DNA from: Candidatus Hodarchaeota archaeon
GTDB lineage: Archaea; Asgardarchaeota; Lokiarchaeia; Sigyniarchaeales; SOKP01
Assembly: GCA_048886685.1 (NCBI GenBank)
Contig: JBHLKM010000018.1
Span: 1 to 64,000, forward strand
Length of the DNA stretch: 64,000 nucleotides
Direction: 5' to 3'
Shown: positions 48,078 to 57,867 of the stretch, piece after piece
How the letters are laid out: each line of letters begins with the position of its first letter
How positions within the stretch are numbered: position 1 is the first letter of the stretch
The notes under the pieces: generated by a model
The model's input: only the letters and a program-made list of their open reading frames with translations
Told to the model about the DNA's origin: nothing
The model's database searches: none
Position numbers and translations under genes: made by a program

Positions 48078-50552
48078 ATGGTAAAAAAAAGTGAATTTAG
48101 TTTAATAAGAGCAGAAATAAACCATAATTATAAAGATCAATTACTAATTGAACTCTCAGATCTAAATATAGTTCATGTAAAACCAAGAGCAGAAAAAAAC
48201 AAAATTAAGAAGGAATTAGAAGAAAAAGATCCTCTTAAGGAAAAAATTAAAGATATAAGGAAAAATTTAAACAACCTGTATAAAAAACTTGAAATAAGTG
48301 AATATGATGTTTTAAATTTAAAAGTTGCTGAGGATGATAGAATAGAATTTATTGCAAGAGATTTACCAGAATTAATAGACCATATCGAAGAAGAAATCGA
48401 TTTTTATACAAATAGAATGGTTGAGTTAAATAGATATATTACTAAAGGAAAAATCGAATTAGAAAATTTAATGACAATTAAAAATTGTTATAATTATGCA
48501 AAAAAATTAAATCTAAATGTAGAAAAAATAGATAGTTTGGAAATTTTTAAATTTCGAATTTTCACAACTTTTAGCAAAAACTTAACCAATTTAAAAAATT
48601 TATTTGAACATTCAGAATTTCCTAATTTTTATGAAACATTTATGATTTCTGATGATCGAATTGGTTTCTATATTATCTATCCAAAAGATAAGGAGAATGA
48701 GTTTAACGCAAGGATTCGATTAATACATTCTGAAGAAGTTCCAATACTTAAAAGATATTTGACAAAAGAAGGAATAAATTTCCTAAGAATTAATAAGGAA
48801 ATAAATTTTATTGAAAATTTGGTTTCAAGATATAAAAAAGAACAAACTCGAATAATAAAAGATAATATGTTAAGATTTGCGGCGATTAATGAAGTTGTGC
48901 AAAATATTGAGGAATATAATTGGGCGGAACATCAATTTGAAAAAACAACATCAAATCGTCTAATCTTTAAATTCTTTATTCCCTCACAGAAAAAAGAGGA
49001 GATTCTTCAACATTTATTTGCAATCTTTAAAGATAATATTACCATCGAATCAAATGATATCTCAAAAAAAAAACCCATTAAAGAAGCTATTACTGCAAAA
49101 AAAAGAAAAACTATGAAATACAAAAAAGAACCAATACTAAAAGAAGAGTATCTAGAACGAAGTGAAAATGATGGGATAGATAATGGAGTAGACTTAAGAG
49201 AATCTACTCCTACAATAATGAAAAATTTCTTTTTGATTCGCCCATTCGAAACAATTACCAGATTATATGGCACACCAACTTATTCTGAAATTGATCCTAC
49301 TCCGATTATTGCTTTTACTTTTCCAATATTATTCGGTATGATGTTTGGTGATATTGGTCATGGGCTAATTTTAATAATCGCAGGATTTATAGGAGGAATA
49401 GTATTTAGGAAAAGGAAAGGAGACACTGCCAATTTCTCATGGATAATTTTTTTCTGTGGATGGGCTGCATTTTTCATCGGATTTTTATACGGTGAATTTT
49501 TAGGAAAACATGAACTAGAAATTTTTGGCAACATAATTTGGCATCTCGAACCAATTAATTTATTAAGTATTCTTCCTCCCCCATATATTTTAAGAGCTAC
49601 AGCAATTATAGGAGGGGGCATAACTATACTGGGTATAATAGCACTTACTTTAATTCATTCCAGATTAAAAAGAATAGCAAATTGGATTATTGGTATTGGA
49701 TTAACATTTTGTTTGCTGTCATTGATCCTATTAATAATTTCACCAACGTTAGATATTACGTTATATAATCCTTTGCAAAATATAATGAATGTATTTAAAT
49801 TTGCAATTTATATTGGTGTATTTCATATTAATTTGGGATGGTTCATTCAATTTTTGAATTATTGGAAACAAAAAAGAAAATATCTGGGATTTAGTGATTC
49901 TTTAATGAAAATTCTATTGTTGACTGGAGGAACTATTCTAATTTTTGGATTTGGATTCGATATTTATGGATGGTTATCCTCTCCTTACCCAATTTTACTA
50001 GTCTTAATCCCTGGGGTGCTTTTATTGGGATTGAAACCATTTGGAAAACTTCTTGGGATTTCTTATCTAAAAGAAGAATCTTTTAGTGGATTATTAGGTG
50101 AAGGTTCGATTGAAGCCTTTGATACTGTTTTATCAGTAGTGAGTAATGTAGCTTCATATATTAGATTATTAGCTTTAGCATTAGCACATATAGCATTGTT
50201 ATATTCGATTAATGCTATGAGTACCTTGATTGAAGGTGACAATTTTGGAATTGAAATAGTTAATTTAATTGGTCAGATCTTTGGGAATATAGTCGTAATC
50301 TTAATTGAAGGTATACTAGTTTTCATCAACACCTTACGTCTTCATTTTTATGAATTCTTTTTTAAATTCTACCAGGGCTCAGGAATTGAATATTTTCCAT
50401 TTTACCTTGATAATAATTACTCTATGCTTAAGTTTAGGCCAGAGACTGAGAAAGACATCATTTCAGAGGAAATTGAGAGAGAGATTGATACAGAATTTGT
50501 AAAAAAAGAAATAGATAAAGCTATTAATTATCTTTCAAAAAAATTTGAATAA
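48078..50552 (+). CDS. atpI: A/V-type ATPase subunit I (a)
   Basis: PTIMKN..IRPFE..LYGTPTYSEIDPT, FGMMFGDIGHG, SNVASYIRLLALALAH (essential Arg), LRLHFYEFFFKFY.G.G. Confidence 0.95.
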   Translation: MVKKSEFSLIRAEINHNYKDQLLIELSDLNIVHVKPRAEKNKIKKELEEKDPLKEKIKDIRKNLNNLYKKLEISEYDVLNLKVAEDDRIEFIARDLPELIDHIEEEIDFYTNRMVELNRYITKGKIELENLMTIKNCYNYAKKLNLNVEKIDSLEIFKFRIFTTFSKNLTNLKNLFEHSEFPNFYETFMISDDRIGFYIIYPKDKENEFNARIRLIHSEEVPILKRYLTKEGINFLRINKEINFIENLVSRYKKEQTRIIKDNMLRFAAINEVVQNIEEYNWAEHQFEKTTSNRLIFKFFIPSQKKEEILQHLFAIFKDNITIESNDISKKKPIKEAITAKKRKTMKYKKEPILKEEYLERSENDGIDNGVDLRESTPTIMKNFFLIRPFETITRLYGTPTYSEIDPTPIIAFTFPILFGMMFGDIGHGLILIIAGFIGGIVFRKRKGDTANFSWIIFFCGWAAFFIGFLYGEFLGKHELEIFGNIIWHLEPINLLSILPPPYILRATAIIGGGITILGIIALTLIHSRLKRIANWIIGIGLTFCLLSLILLIISPTLDITLYNPLQNIMNVFKFAIYIGVFHINLGWFIQFLNYWKQKRKYLGFSDSLMKILLLTGGTILIFGFGFDIYGWLSSPYPILLVLIPGVLLLGLKPFGKLLGISYLKEESFSGLLGEGSIEAFDTVLSVVSNVASYIRLLALALAHIALLYSINAMSTLIEGDNFGIEIVNLIGQIFGNIVVILIEGILVFINTLRLHFYEFFFKFYQGSGIEYFPFYLDNNYSMLKFRPETEKDIISEEIEREIDTEFVKKEIDKAINYLSKKFE

Positions 50553-50598
50553 TGTTCATTATCAATGAATTGAATAATTAACCAAATTATGATAAATT

Positions 50599-51036
50599 GT
50601 GCCGGAAACCAAAGAGAAACTATTAAATCGAAAAGTACTTATTATTCGGTTATTAATTTTGATCAGTTATTTGCTTATACTGCTTTTTTTTTTCTATTTT
50701 TTAACCAAATTTGGGGCTAATCCTTTCATTGTTCTTATCTTGCTTCTGTTCACGTTTTTGATAACTATCGGTCCATTTTTTAGACGAGGTAAGAGATCTC
50801 TTTACTCTAGGATGTTTCCCAATAGAAAAAGAAAAAGCTCCCTTGAAGGGGGACAGAAAGAAAAGGATCGTAGAATTAAGAGAAAATTTGAACAAGCTGA
50901 ACCTAAAATCTATAAAAAAGTCAATCTGGAAATTAATTATCGTAAACCAATTGTACTTAAATGCGGAAATTGCGGAAATACAATACCCAATTTTGTAAAA
51001 AAATGTCCATTTTGTAATAAACAAGTATCCTACTAA
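50599..51036 (+). CDS. Small two-TM protein with basic linker and C-terminal zinc ribbon
   Basis: Two TM helices, K/R-rich linker, CGNC...CPFC. Confidence 0.75.
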   Translation: MPETKEKLLNRKVLIIRLLILISYLLILLFFFYFLTKFGANPFIVLILLLFTFLITIGPFFRRGKRSLYSRMFPNRKRKSSLEGGQKEKDRRIKRKFEQAEPKIYKKVNLEINYRKPIVLKCGNCGNTIPNFVKKCPFCNKQVSY

Positions 51037-51060
51037 ATTAAACAGAGGATTTTATGAAAA

Positions 51061-52863
51061 ATGAAAGAATTGAGTCAAGGATATATTTCTGCTATTATAG
51101 GTTCCTTAATAAAAGTAAAAGGATTAGAAAATGAGGTAAGACTTTATGATATGGTTAAAATCTCAAAACATAATATTCTGGGAGAAGTTATTCAAATACA
51201 ATCAGATCACATTGTGGCTCAGTGTTTCGAAAATGTCATTAAAGTAAAATTATATGAGAAAGTTGAGAATCTAAATGAACCACTTTCGATGGAATTGGCT
51301 CCGGGTCTAATTGCGGGTGTTTTTGATGGAATTCAAAGGCCTTTGGAGATGATTTTTAAAAATTTAGAATCTGGAGGCTTAGAAAGAGGGATAAAATATC
51401 CTTCTTTATCAAGAAAAACAAAATGGCATTTTACACCCCTAAGGAAATTAGGTGATGAAGTTAAAGGAGGAGATGTGATTGGATCAGTTAAAGAAACAAA
51501 AGATATCGAGCATAAAATAATGGTTCCTCCTAATTCTACTGGGATAATTTCATTTATCGCTGATGAAGGTGATTATACAATAGTAGAAGAAATTTATAAA
51601 CTAAAAGATAAAAATAAAGAAAATTCCTTCCCAATGTTACAAAAATGGCCCATCACTCAAAATAGACCTTTTACAAAGAAAGAAAATCCGAATAAACCAT
51701 TAATAACAGGAATACGTGTTATAGATTTACTTTTTCCAATCGTAAAGGGTGGCACAACTGCTATTCCTGGAGGATTTGGAACTGGCAAGACCGTTATTCA
51801 ACAATCATTAGCTAAGTGGTGTAATGCTGATTTGGTAGTATTTATTGGATGTGGAGAGCCCGGAAATGAAATTGCAAATATCTTGAAGCAATTTTCAGAA
51901 ACTGAAGACCCTAAAAGTGGTACTCCTTTATTAGATCATATAATACTTATAGCTAATACCTCCAATATGCCTGTATCAGCACGAGAAGCCAGTTTATTTT
52001 CTGGGGTAACTATTGCGGAGTATTATCGAGATATGGGATACGATGTTGTTGTGTTAGCAGATAGTATATCGAGATGGGCAGAATCTCTCAGAGAAATCTC
52101 AGGCTTATTGGAAGAAATGCCAGCTGAGGAGGGATATCCTGCATATCTACCTTCAAAACTTTCAAACTTTTATGAGAGAGCTGGCTTGGTTAAAACTTTA
52201 GGCTTAGATCACATAGGTGCAGAGAAAGAAGGGTCTTTAACGATTATTGGAACTATATCACCACCAGCAGGCGATTTCAGTGAACCAGTTACCTCAACAA
52301 CAAAAAGATTGGTACAAGTTTTTTTAGCTTTAGACCCAAAATTAGCCTATTTAAAGCACTATCCCGCTATAGATTGGCTTAATTCTTATTCGAATTACCC
52401 TTCTTATATTGCAGATTGGTGGTATGACAGAGATATTGATTGGCCTGAAATTAATATTGATTGGGACGAATGTCGAAATCAAGTGAATGACATTTTATCA
52501 CAGGAACAGGATTTGAAATATTTGATTCAATTAATAGGTGAAAAGAACTTGCCAGAAGATAAACAACTAGTTCTCTTTATTACAAAATTAATTAAGAATA
52601 GCTTTTTAATCCAAAGTGCTTTTGATGAAATTGATAGCTTCACCGATGTTGAAAAATTATTAGGTATAATTAAATTAATTCTCTTTATTTACAATAAAGG
52701 GAAAGATCTTGTTAATCAAGGAATATTACTTGAAGACCTATTAGATTCTGAACTTATTAATAAAATAATGAGAATCAGTCAAACAGTTCCGAACAATAAC
52801 TTCAATCAAATTGAGAGAATAAAGAATGAACTTATAAGGAAATTTAGACTAGTAAGTATCTAG
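51061..52863 (+). CDS. atpA: Second A/V-type ATPase subunit A paralog (A') with GER-to-GEP substitution
   Basis: Colinear with 44188..46026 and P-loop GGFGTGKT intact, but GCGEPGNE and DSISRW replace GCGERGNE and DSTSRW; GAGGA SD upstream. Confidence 0.92.
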   Translation: MKELSQGYISAIIGSLIKVKGLENEVRLYDMVKISKHNILGEVIQIQSDHIVAQCFENVIKVKLYEKVENLNEPLSMELAPGLIAGVFDGIQRPLEMIFKNLESGGLERGIKYPSLSRKTKWHFTPLRKLGDEVKGGDVIGSVKETKDIEHKIMVPPNSTGIISFIADEGDYTIVEEIYKLKDKNKENSFPMLQKWPITQNRPFTKKENPNKPLITGIRVIDLLFPIVKGGTTAIPGGFGTGKTVIQQSLAKWCNADLVVFIGCGEPGNEIANILKQFSETEDPKSGTPLLDHIILIANTSNMPVSAREASLFSGVTIAEYYRDMGYDVVVLADSISRWAESLREISGLLEEMPAEEGYPAYLPSKLSNFYERAGLVKTLGLDHIGAEKEGSLTIIGTISPPAGDFSEPVTSTTKRLVQVFLALDPKLAYLKHYPAIDWLNSYSNYPSYIADWWYDRDIDWPEINIDWDECRNQVNDILSQEQDLKYLIQLIGEKNLPEDKQLVLFITKLIKNSFLIQSAFDEIDSFTDVEKLLGIIKLILFIYNKGKDLVNQGILLEDLLDSELINKIMRISQTVPNNNFNQIERIKNELIRKFRLVSI

Positions 52864-52893
52864 GATATTTTACTTATATACCTTTCAATAATA

Positions 52894-53490
52894 TTATGGC
52901 TTAAACCACTCAAAGAAATAATATGAATTTGTAAGAGGATTTGCTATAACAAATTTTTTCCTTACAGATGTTGCTAATCTCCCTGCACGCACCATATCTA
53001 TTGCTGTAATTTCAGCATCATGTGGTAAAACGTGTACCATAAAGAGTGAATGTTCAAGGCCAGGACCACGGCGATAAACTACAAAATCCGCACCGAACTT
53101 TAATCCTGGCCGTGGAATGTATCCTTTTTCCCTTAGATCTTTATAAATTATGAACTTTTCCTCAAATTTATGGTGTATATTCTTCGCTAGCTTATAAAAC
53201 TCCTTTGGGCTTAAATCTTTTTTTTCAATTACATCAAATATTGTAATTTCATCTTTTTCCAATAGGAAATATGCCTCTATTAAAGATAGTTCACTTGGTT
53301 TGGAGAAATATTCCAATCTTGGCTTATTAATTCCAAGTGGGGAACCAAAAAAACCTTTCTTTACATATAAATAAGAAGCGTATAAAGGATTAAAGACAAT
53401 AACTCTAGAATTTATGAATTTGGTTGGAATTCTTTCTGGTACGTCAACCTCATCAAGATTTATTTGATTATCCTTTACTTGATTCATCAT
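52894..53490 (-). CDS. endA: tRNA-intron endonuclease catalytic subunit
   Basis: LSLIEAYFL, YKDLREKGY, GLKFGADFVVY (Tyr), EHS (His), RLATSVRK (Lys). Confidence 0.93.
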   Translation of the reverse strand: MMNQVKDNQINLDEVDVPERIPTKFINSRVIVFNPLYASYLYVKKGFFGSPLGINKPRLEYFSKPSELSLIEAYFLLEKDEITIFDVIEKKDLSPKEFYKLAKNIHHKFEEKFIIYKDLREKGYIPRPGLKFGADFVVYRRGPGLEHSLFMVHVLPHDAEITAIDMVRAGRLATSVRKKFVIANPLTNSYYFFEWFKP

Positions 53491-53616
53491 AAAAGATTAT
53501 TAAAGATAACTTAATAAATCTTACAATTTCTTATTGAATAGATTAAATTATTTAAGCTTCAAAAATATTAAATTTTAAATTTAATATTGAACGTTTAATG
53601 ATTGGTGATTGGTAAA

Positions 53617-54504
53617 ATGGTCCTTAGAAGAGCAACTCATGCGGGCAGTTGGTATCCTGGGTCCAAAAAAGGCTTACAAGAAGCAATACAGGGGTATTTT
53701 ATGGATAAAAAATTTGGTCCCGGTGAAGAACCTTTAACATTGAATAAAGATGAAAGAACTGTTATAGGAGGTGTCTCTCCACATGCGGGTATGACATATT
53801 CAGGACCTTGTGCCGCTTTTACATACCTAAATTTATTCAAGGAGAGAATTCCTGATACAGTTATAGTTTTAGGTACAGATCATATTGGGTATCATAAAAT
53901 TGCATTAATGAAAAAAGGAGAATGGGAAACACCGTTAGGAAATTTGGAGATAGACGAAGAATTCGCAAAACAGATATTAATTAATAGTAAGATAATTGAA
54001 GAAGATAATTCTCTTTTTATAGGTCTTACTGCTGAACAAGAGCATAATATAGAAATTCAATTACCGTTTATTAAGTATTGTTCTCATGATAAAGAAGTAA
54101 AAATTGTTCCAATTAAAATAGCTGGCACTAGAGATTTTAAAACTATGGAAGCAATCGCTATTGATATCTCCAACGCAATAAATTCAAGCAAGAATGATAT
54201 TGTTATTGTAGCGTCTTCAGATATGTCCCACAAACAAGTAATGGATTCAAGCCAATTAAAAATATTTAAGGAGATTGATTTTGCAGCAATTGAAGAATTC
54301 AAAAAATTAAATCCTGAAAAAACACTTGAAGCTTCTTTAAAAACCTCCATATGTGGTCCACAAACAATTACTACTATGATGCTAATTTGCCAAAATCTAA
54401 ATGCCACCAAAGGTGAAATGATGCAATATTATACAAGTTCTGAAAGAACTGGAAGCATTGGAGGCTATTGTGTAGGATATTTTTCAGGAATTATTTTGAA
54501 ATAA
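53617..54504 (+). CDS. MEMO1 family protein (AmmeMemoRadiSam protein B)
   Basis: RRATHAGSWYP, PHAGMTYSG, WETPLG, EHNIEIQLPF, ASSDMSH, ICG, VGY; the ATG at 53617 follows a GGTGA SD. Confidence 0.92.
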   Translation: MVLRRATHAGSWYPGSKKGLQEAIQGYFMDKKFGPGEEPLTLNKDERTVIGGVSPHAGMTYSGPCAAFTYLNLFKERIPDTVIVLGTDHIGYHKIALMKKGEWETPLGNLEIDEEFAKQILINSKIIEEDNSLFIGLTAEQEHNIEIQLPFIKYCSHDKEVKIVPIKIAGTRDFKTMEAIAIDISNAINSSKNDIVIVASSDMSHKQVMDSSQLKIFKEIDFAAIEEFKKLNPEKTLEASLKTSICGPQTITTMMLICQNLNATKGEMMQYYTSSERTGSIGGYCVGYFSGIILK

Positions 54505-54545
54505 AATTAATTTATAGAATAGAAATAAAAATTAGCCTTAAAAAT

Positions 54546-55673
54546 ATGCCAGAAGATAAGGAAAAGGTTGAAGATTTTATTACTTTATGGCGTAAAAAGA
54601 TGATGACTGAATCCGATAAACCAAGTGCCATTGGGGAAACCTTAAAACGAATTCAAGAAGTTGAACAGGAAAACGAACAACTAAGGAATAAAATTCGGGC
54701 AAATATAGATTTAATAAGTAGAACCGAAGAACTTGTAAGAAATACCATTTCTGAAAACGAAAGATTAAAAGAAGAATTAAGAAAGTCGGGATCTATCGGG
54801 GGAAGGAATATTAGTGATATACAACAGGAAAATCTCGAACTTAATAATAAAGTTAAGAGTCTAACTATGATTTTAACAGAAAAAGATAACGCATTAAGCT
54901 TAAAAGACAATGAATTAGCTGAATTACGAGTTAAATTAAATGAAGCAACGATGACAGCACAATTTTTAGCTGATACTGCTTCTGAAGAACCTCCTGATGT
55001 ATCTAAAGCTTTAATTGAAGATTTACAATCAGAATTATCAAAGAAGAAAACTCAAATTTTTGAATTGGAACAAGTGATTACATCACTTAATAATGAACTT
55101 GTTAATCTAAATGAACAACTAATCGAAAAGGAGACTAAATCACCGGTTGATTACTTATTACCTATTGATACATCAAAATCGACTAGTATAAAACCTCAAC
55201 CCTCTCAAACTTCTTCAGCATCATTAGAAATTCTATGTCAAGACCTTCAAGCAGATTTAAACAAGTACAAGAGAATAGTTGAGAAATTAAATCAAGATAA
55301 ATCTGAATTGCAAAAAACTATCGAAAAAGGAGGCTTTACACTTGAACCAGAAGAGTTGAAAGAACTAAAAAAAGAAAATGAAGATCTAAAAGCTGAACTT
55401 TCTCAAATACAAGAAATCCTTAAAATAAAATCAAAACCCACCGTTGAGACTCTATCTATTGTAGAATCTGAGAGATTAATTGAAGATCTCCAAGCACAAT
55501 TAAAACTTAAAGATCAGGTAATAACAGAATTAAAATCATCAAGCCAACCTCAAATTATCACACCACAAGGTCCAATGTCTAATTTAGTAGAGGATTTGCA
55601 GAAAACAATAAATAAATTAAAAATAACGATAGATGAAAAGAATAAAATTATTGAAGAATTAAAATCATCATAG
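54546..55673 (+). CDS. Long coiled-coil protein with repeated EDLQ modules
   Basis: Heptad-rich segments separated by P/S/T linkers; start set at ATG 54546 because the TTG at 54468 overlaps MEMO1. Confidence 0.75.
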   Translation: MPEDKEKVEDFITLWRKKMMTESDKPSAIGETLKRIQEVEQENEQLRNKIRANIDLISRTEELVRNTISENERLKEELRKSGSIGGRNISDIQQENLELNNKVKSLTMILTEKDNALSLKDNELAELRVKLNEATMTAQFLADTASEEPPDVSKALIEDLQSELSKKKTQIFELEQVITSLNNELVNLNEQLIEKETKSPVDYLLPIDTSKSTSIKPQPSQTSSASLEILCQDLQADLNKYKRIVEKLNQDKSELQKTIEKGGFTLEPEELKELKKENEDLKAELSQIQEILKIKSKPTVETLSIVESERLIEDLQAQLKLKDQVITELKSSSQPQIITPQGPMSNLVEDLQKTINKLKITIDEKNKIIEELKSS

Positions 55674-56657
55674 ATGAGTAATCAAAATAAAACCAACACT
55701 TCTTTTTTTTTTGCTGGGCATGTTGCTGTAGATAATGTTATTAGATATAGACGCTTAGGTAAAGCTACTTTGGGAGGCAGCGTTTGCTATGGCTCTTTAG
55801 CTCTAAGAACCTATACTCAAGATGGTAAAATAAGTATTATCTCACATATAGGTAAAAAAAATTTTAGCAAATCTTTGTTGGGTATTATAAAAAATAGAAA
55901 TATTGATTTGAGAGGGGTAAAATATTCTGATGTAGAAAATACTAATTTTATTTTAGATTATTTCGATCACAATAGAACCTTAACTCTCAAATCAAGAAGT
56001 CCAGATCTTGAATTTAATGATATTCCACAAGGTTACCTAAATAGTTCACCTGACATTGTTATTTTAGCCCCATTATGCAATGAAATTTCATTTGAGTATG
56101 TTTTGCAAATATCAAAACAATTTCCGAGTGTATATATTGGGATTGATTTGCAAGGATTTATCCGTAATATTGATGACAATGGAAAAGTTTCCTATGTTTA
56201 TAAGAATCAAAATATTGCAAATCTCAAAAAAATAATAGAAATAATTGGAGATAGATTGATACTTAAAGGATCAGAAGAAGAAATGAAACTTTTAGCAAAT
56301 AAGCATGATGATCTTTACGAGGTAATGAAATTTTTTGAAGTTTTTGATACAAATGGAATATTCATAATGACTTTGGGAGATCAAGGCTCAATGCTTTATA
56401 GAAAAGGAAAAACAATCTTGAAAATCCCCGCATTTAGACCAAAAAAAGTGAATGACGAAACTGGAGCAGGAGATGTCTATTTTTCGATATTTTTATATGA
56501 ATTTTCCCTCTCTGATAAATCCTGGGATTCAATTAAAAAAGTAGCTTTGCTAGCATCCGCAGCTGCTTCATTTTTAGTAGAAAAAAAGGGACCATCTGGT
56601 TTTGCATTAAAAAAGAAAGTATTAAAAAGAGTAGAAAGAAAAGATTATTTCAAATAG
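55674..56657 (+). CDS. PfkB-family carbohydrate/nucleoside kinase
   Basis: GHVAVD, LGGSVCY, DLQGFIR, TLGDQGS, DETGAGD. Confidence 0.9.
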   Translation: MSNQNKTNTSFFFAGHVAVDNVIRYRRLGKATLGGSVCYGSLALRTYTQDGKISIISHIGKKNFSKSLLGIIKNRNIDLRGVKYSDVENTNFILDYFDHNRTLTLKSRSPDLEFNDIPQGYLNSSPDIVILAPLCNEISFEYVLQISKQFPSVYIGIDLQGFIRNIDDNGKVSYVYKNQNIANLKKIIEIIGDRLILKGSEEEMKLLANKHDDLYEVMKFFEVFDTNGIFIMTLGDQGSMLYRKGKTILKIPAFRPKKVNDETGAGDVYFSIFLYEFSLSDKSWDSIKKVALLASAAASFLVEKKGPSGFALKKKVLKRVERKDYFK

Positions 56658-56666
56658 AATAGGTGG

Positions 56667-57263
56667 ATGTTCATACATATAAATTTACATTTTGCTATTG
56701 GAATAATTATTGCTTCAATCTCAAAAGAAGTTCTAAAGCTTAACTTTCTGGAATTTTTTTTAATAGTATTATTCGCCTTTGTGTGTGATTTTGATATCTT
56801 TTTATCAAAGTATGCATTAGATAACAATCATAGAATGCTGATTACTCATTCCATTATCCCTGGAGTAGTTATTACCATTTTAGGATTAATACTTAATTGG
56901 ACCGTTTTGATAATTAGTGGTCTTAGTTATTCAATTCATATTATCATTGACACCCTTGATTGGGGTACTAATTTCTTTTACTTTCAAAAGAAACAAGTAG
57001 GACTCAAATTATTAATCACAAAAGAAGAATTTAACAATATATCTAGATATTTATCTCAATTTAAAAGACCAGAATCCTTTTTTGATAAAAAATATTACGG
57101 AAATGTCGCTTGTGTAATAACAGAAATACTGATTTTCGTTCTAATGATATTATTTATCACATTATTTGCGTTAAAATACTTATTCACTACCACTATTTAT
57201 TTTCTCTTTCTTGCGTTCCATCTGCAACGTCATTTCAATTTGAAAAAAATTGAATCAAACTAA
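56667..57263 (+). CDS. Membrane-bound metal-dependent hydrolase-like protein
   Basis: N-terminal H..., CDFD, NHRMLITHS, HIIIDTLDWG pattern with TM helices. Confidence 0.7.
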   Translation: MFIHINLHFAIGIIIASISKEVLKLNFLEFFLIVLFAFVCDFDIFLSKYALDNNHRMLITHSIIPGVVITILGLILNWTVLIISGLSYSIHIIIDTLDWGTNFFYFQKKQVGLKLLITKEEFNNISRYLSQFKRPESFFDKKYYGNVACVITEILIFVLMILFITLFALKYLFTTTIYFLFLAFHLQRHFNLKKIESN

Positions 57264-57359
57264 GTGGAAAGATATTAAATTCTTTTCATATAATAAAAAA
57301 TAAACATTAAGTATTTCTATTGAAATAAATTCAAATCTAACTAAATATAGGTGATTATT

Positions 57360-57827
57360 ATATCAAATGATATTAAAACTAAAGTTGGGATTAAATTAGA
57401 TGAAGCTGAATCTCAAATGATATTTAAATGCGATTTAGGAGATATGAAGGTCAAGGATTGTTATATTGATGAAGAACATCCCGAAGAAATTGATATGGTT
57501 GGGCCTAATCCCTCAAGACTACTAGCTTTGGGTATATTAGGATGTTTAAGTGCAAGCTTTATTTTTTGTTTAAAAAAGCGGAACTTTAAGGTAGATGATT
57601 TTACAGCAGAAGCAGAAGTTGTAATTGCCCGCAATGAGAAAGAATTTCTGAGAGTTAAAAAAATTGATGTTAATATAGTACCAAAAATATCAGATTCAAA
57701 TGCACTTAAAAGAGCAAAACAATGCTTAAAATCTGTTAAAGACGGTGCAAGTTTCTTTGAACAATATTGTATTGTTACACAATCAGTAAGATCTGGCATT
57801 GAAGTAAATGTAAATCTTAATCTATAA
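57360..57827 (+). CDS. OsmC/Ohr-family protein, copy 1 (probable ATA start)
   Basis: IDE...GPNPSRLL..GILGCLS and FEQYCIVTQSV give both OsmC cysteines; the ATA at 57360 aligns with the ATG of copy 2. Confidence 0.85.
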   Translation: MSNDIKTKVGIKLDEAESQMIFKCDLGDMKVKDCYIDEEHPEEIDMVGPNPSRLLALGILGCLSASFIFCLKKRNFKVDDFTAEAEVVIARNEKEFLRVKKIDVNIVPKISDSNALKRAKQCLKSVKDGASFFEQYCIVTQSVRSGIEVNVNLNL

Positions 57828-57867
57828 TTAAAATTTATCATTATAAAAAATCCAGAGATGATTTTAT

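Noticed and set aside
54468-54545. TTG-started extension of the coiled-coil ORF
   Set aside because: Overlaps the MEMO1 3' end; the ATG at 54546 is more plausible.
55671-55676. In-frame TAG-ATG junction between the coiled-coil gene and the PfkB gene as readthrough
   Set aside because: An ordinary ATG follows directly; explained by tight gene packing.
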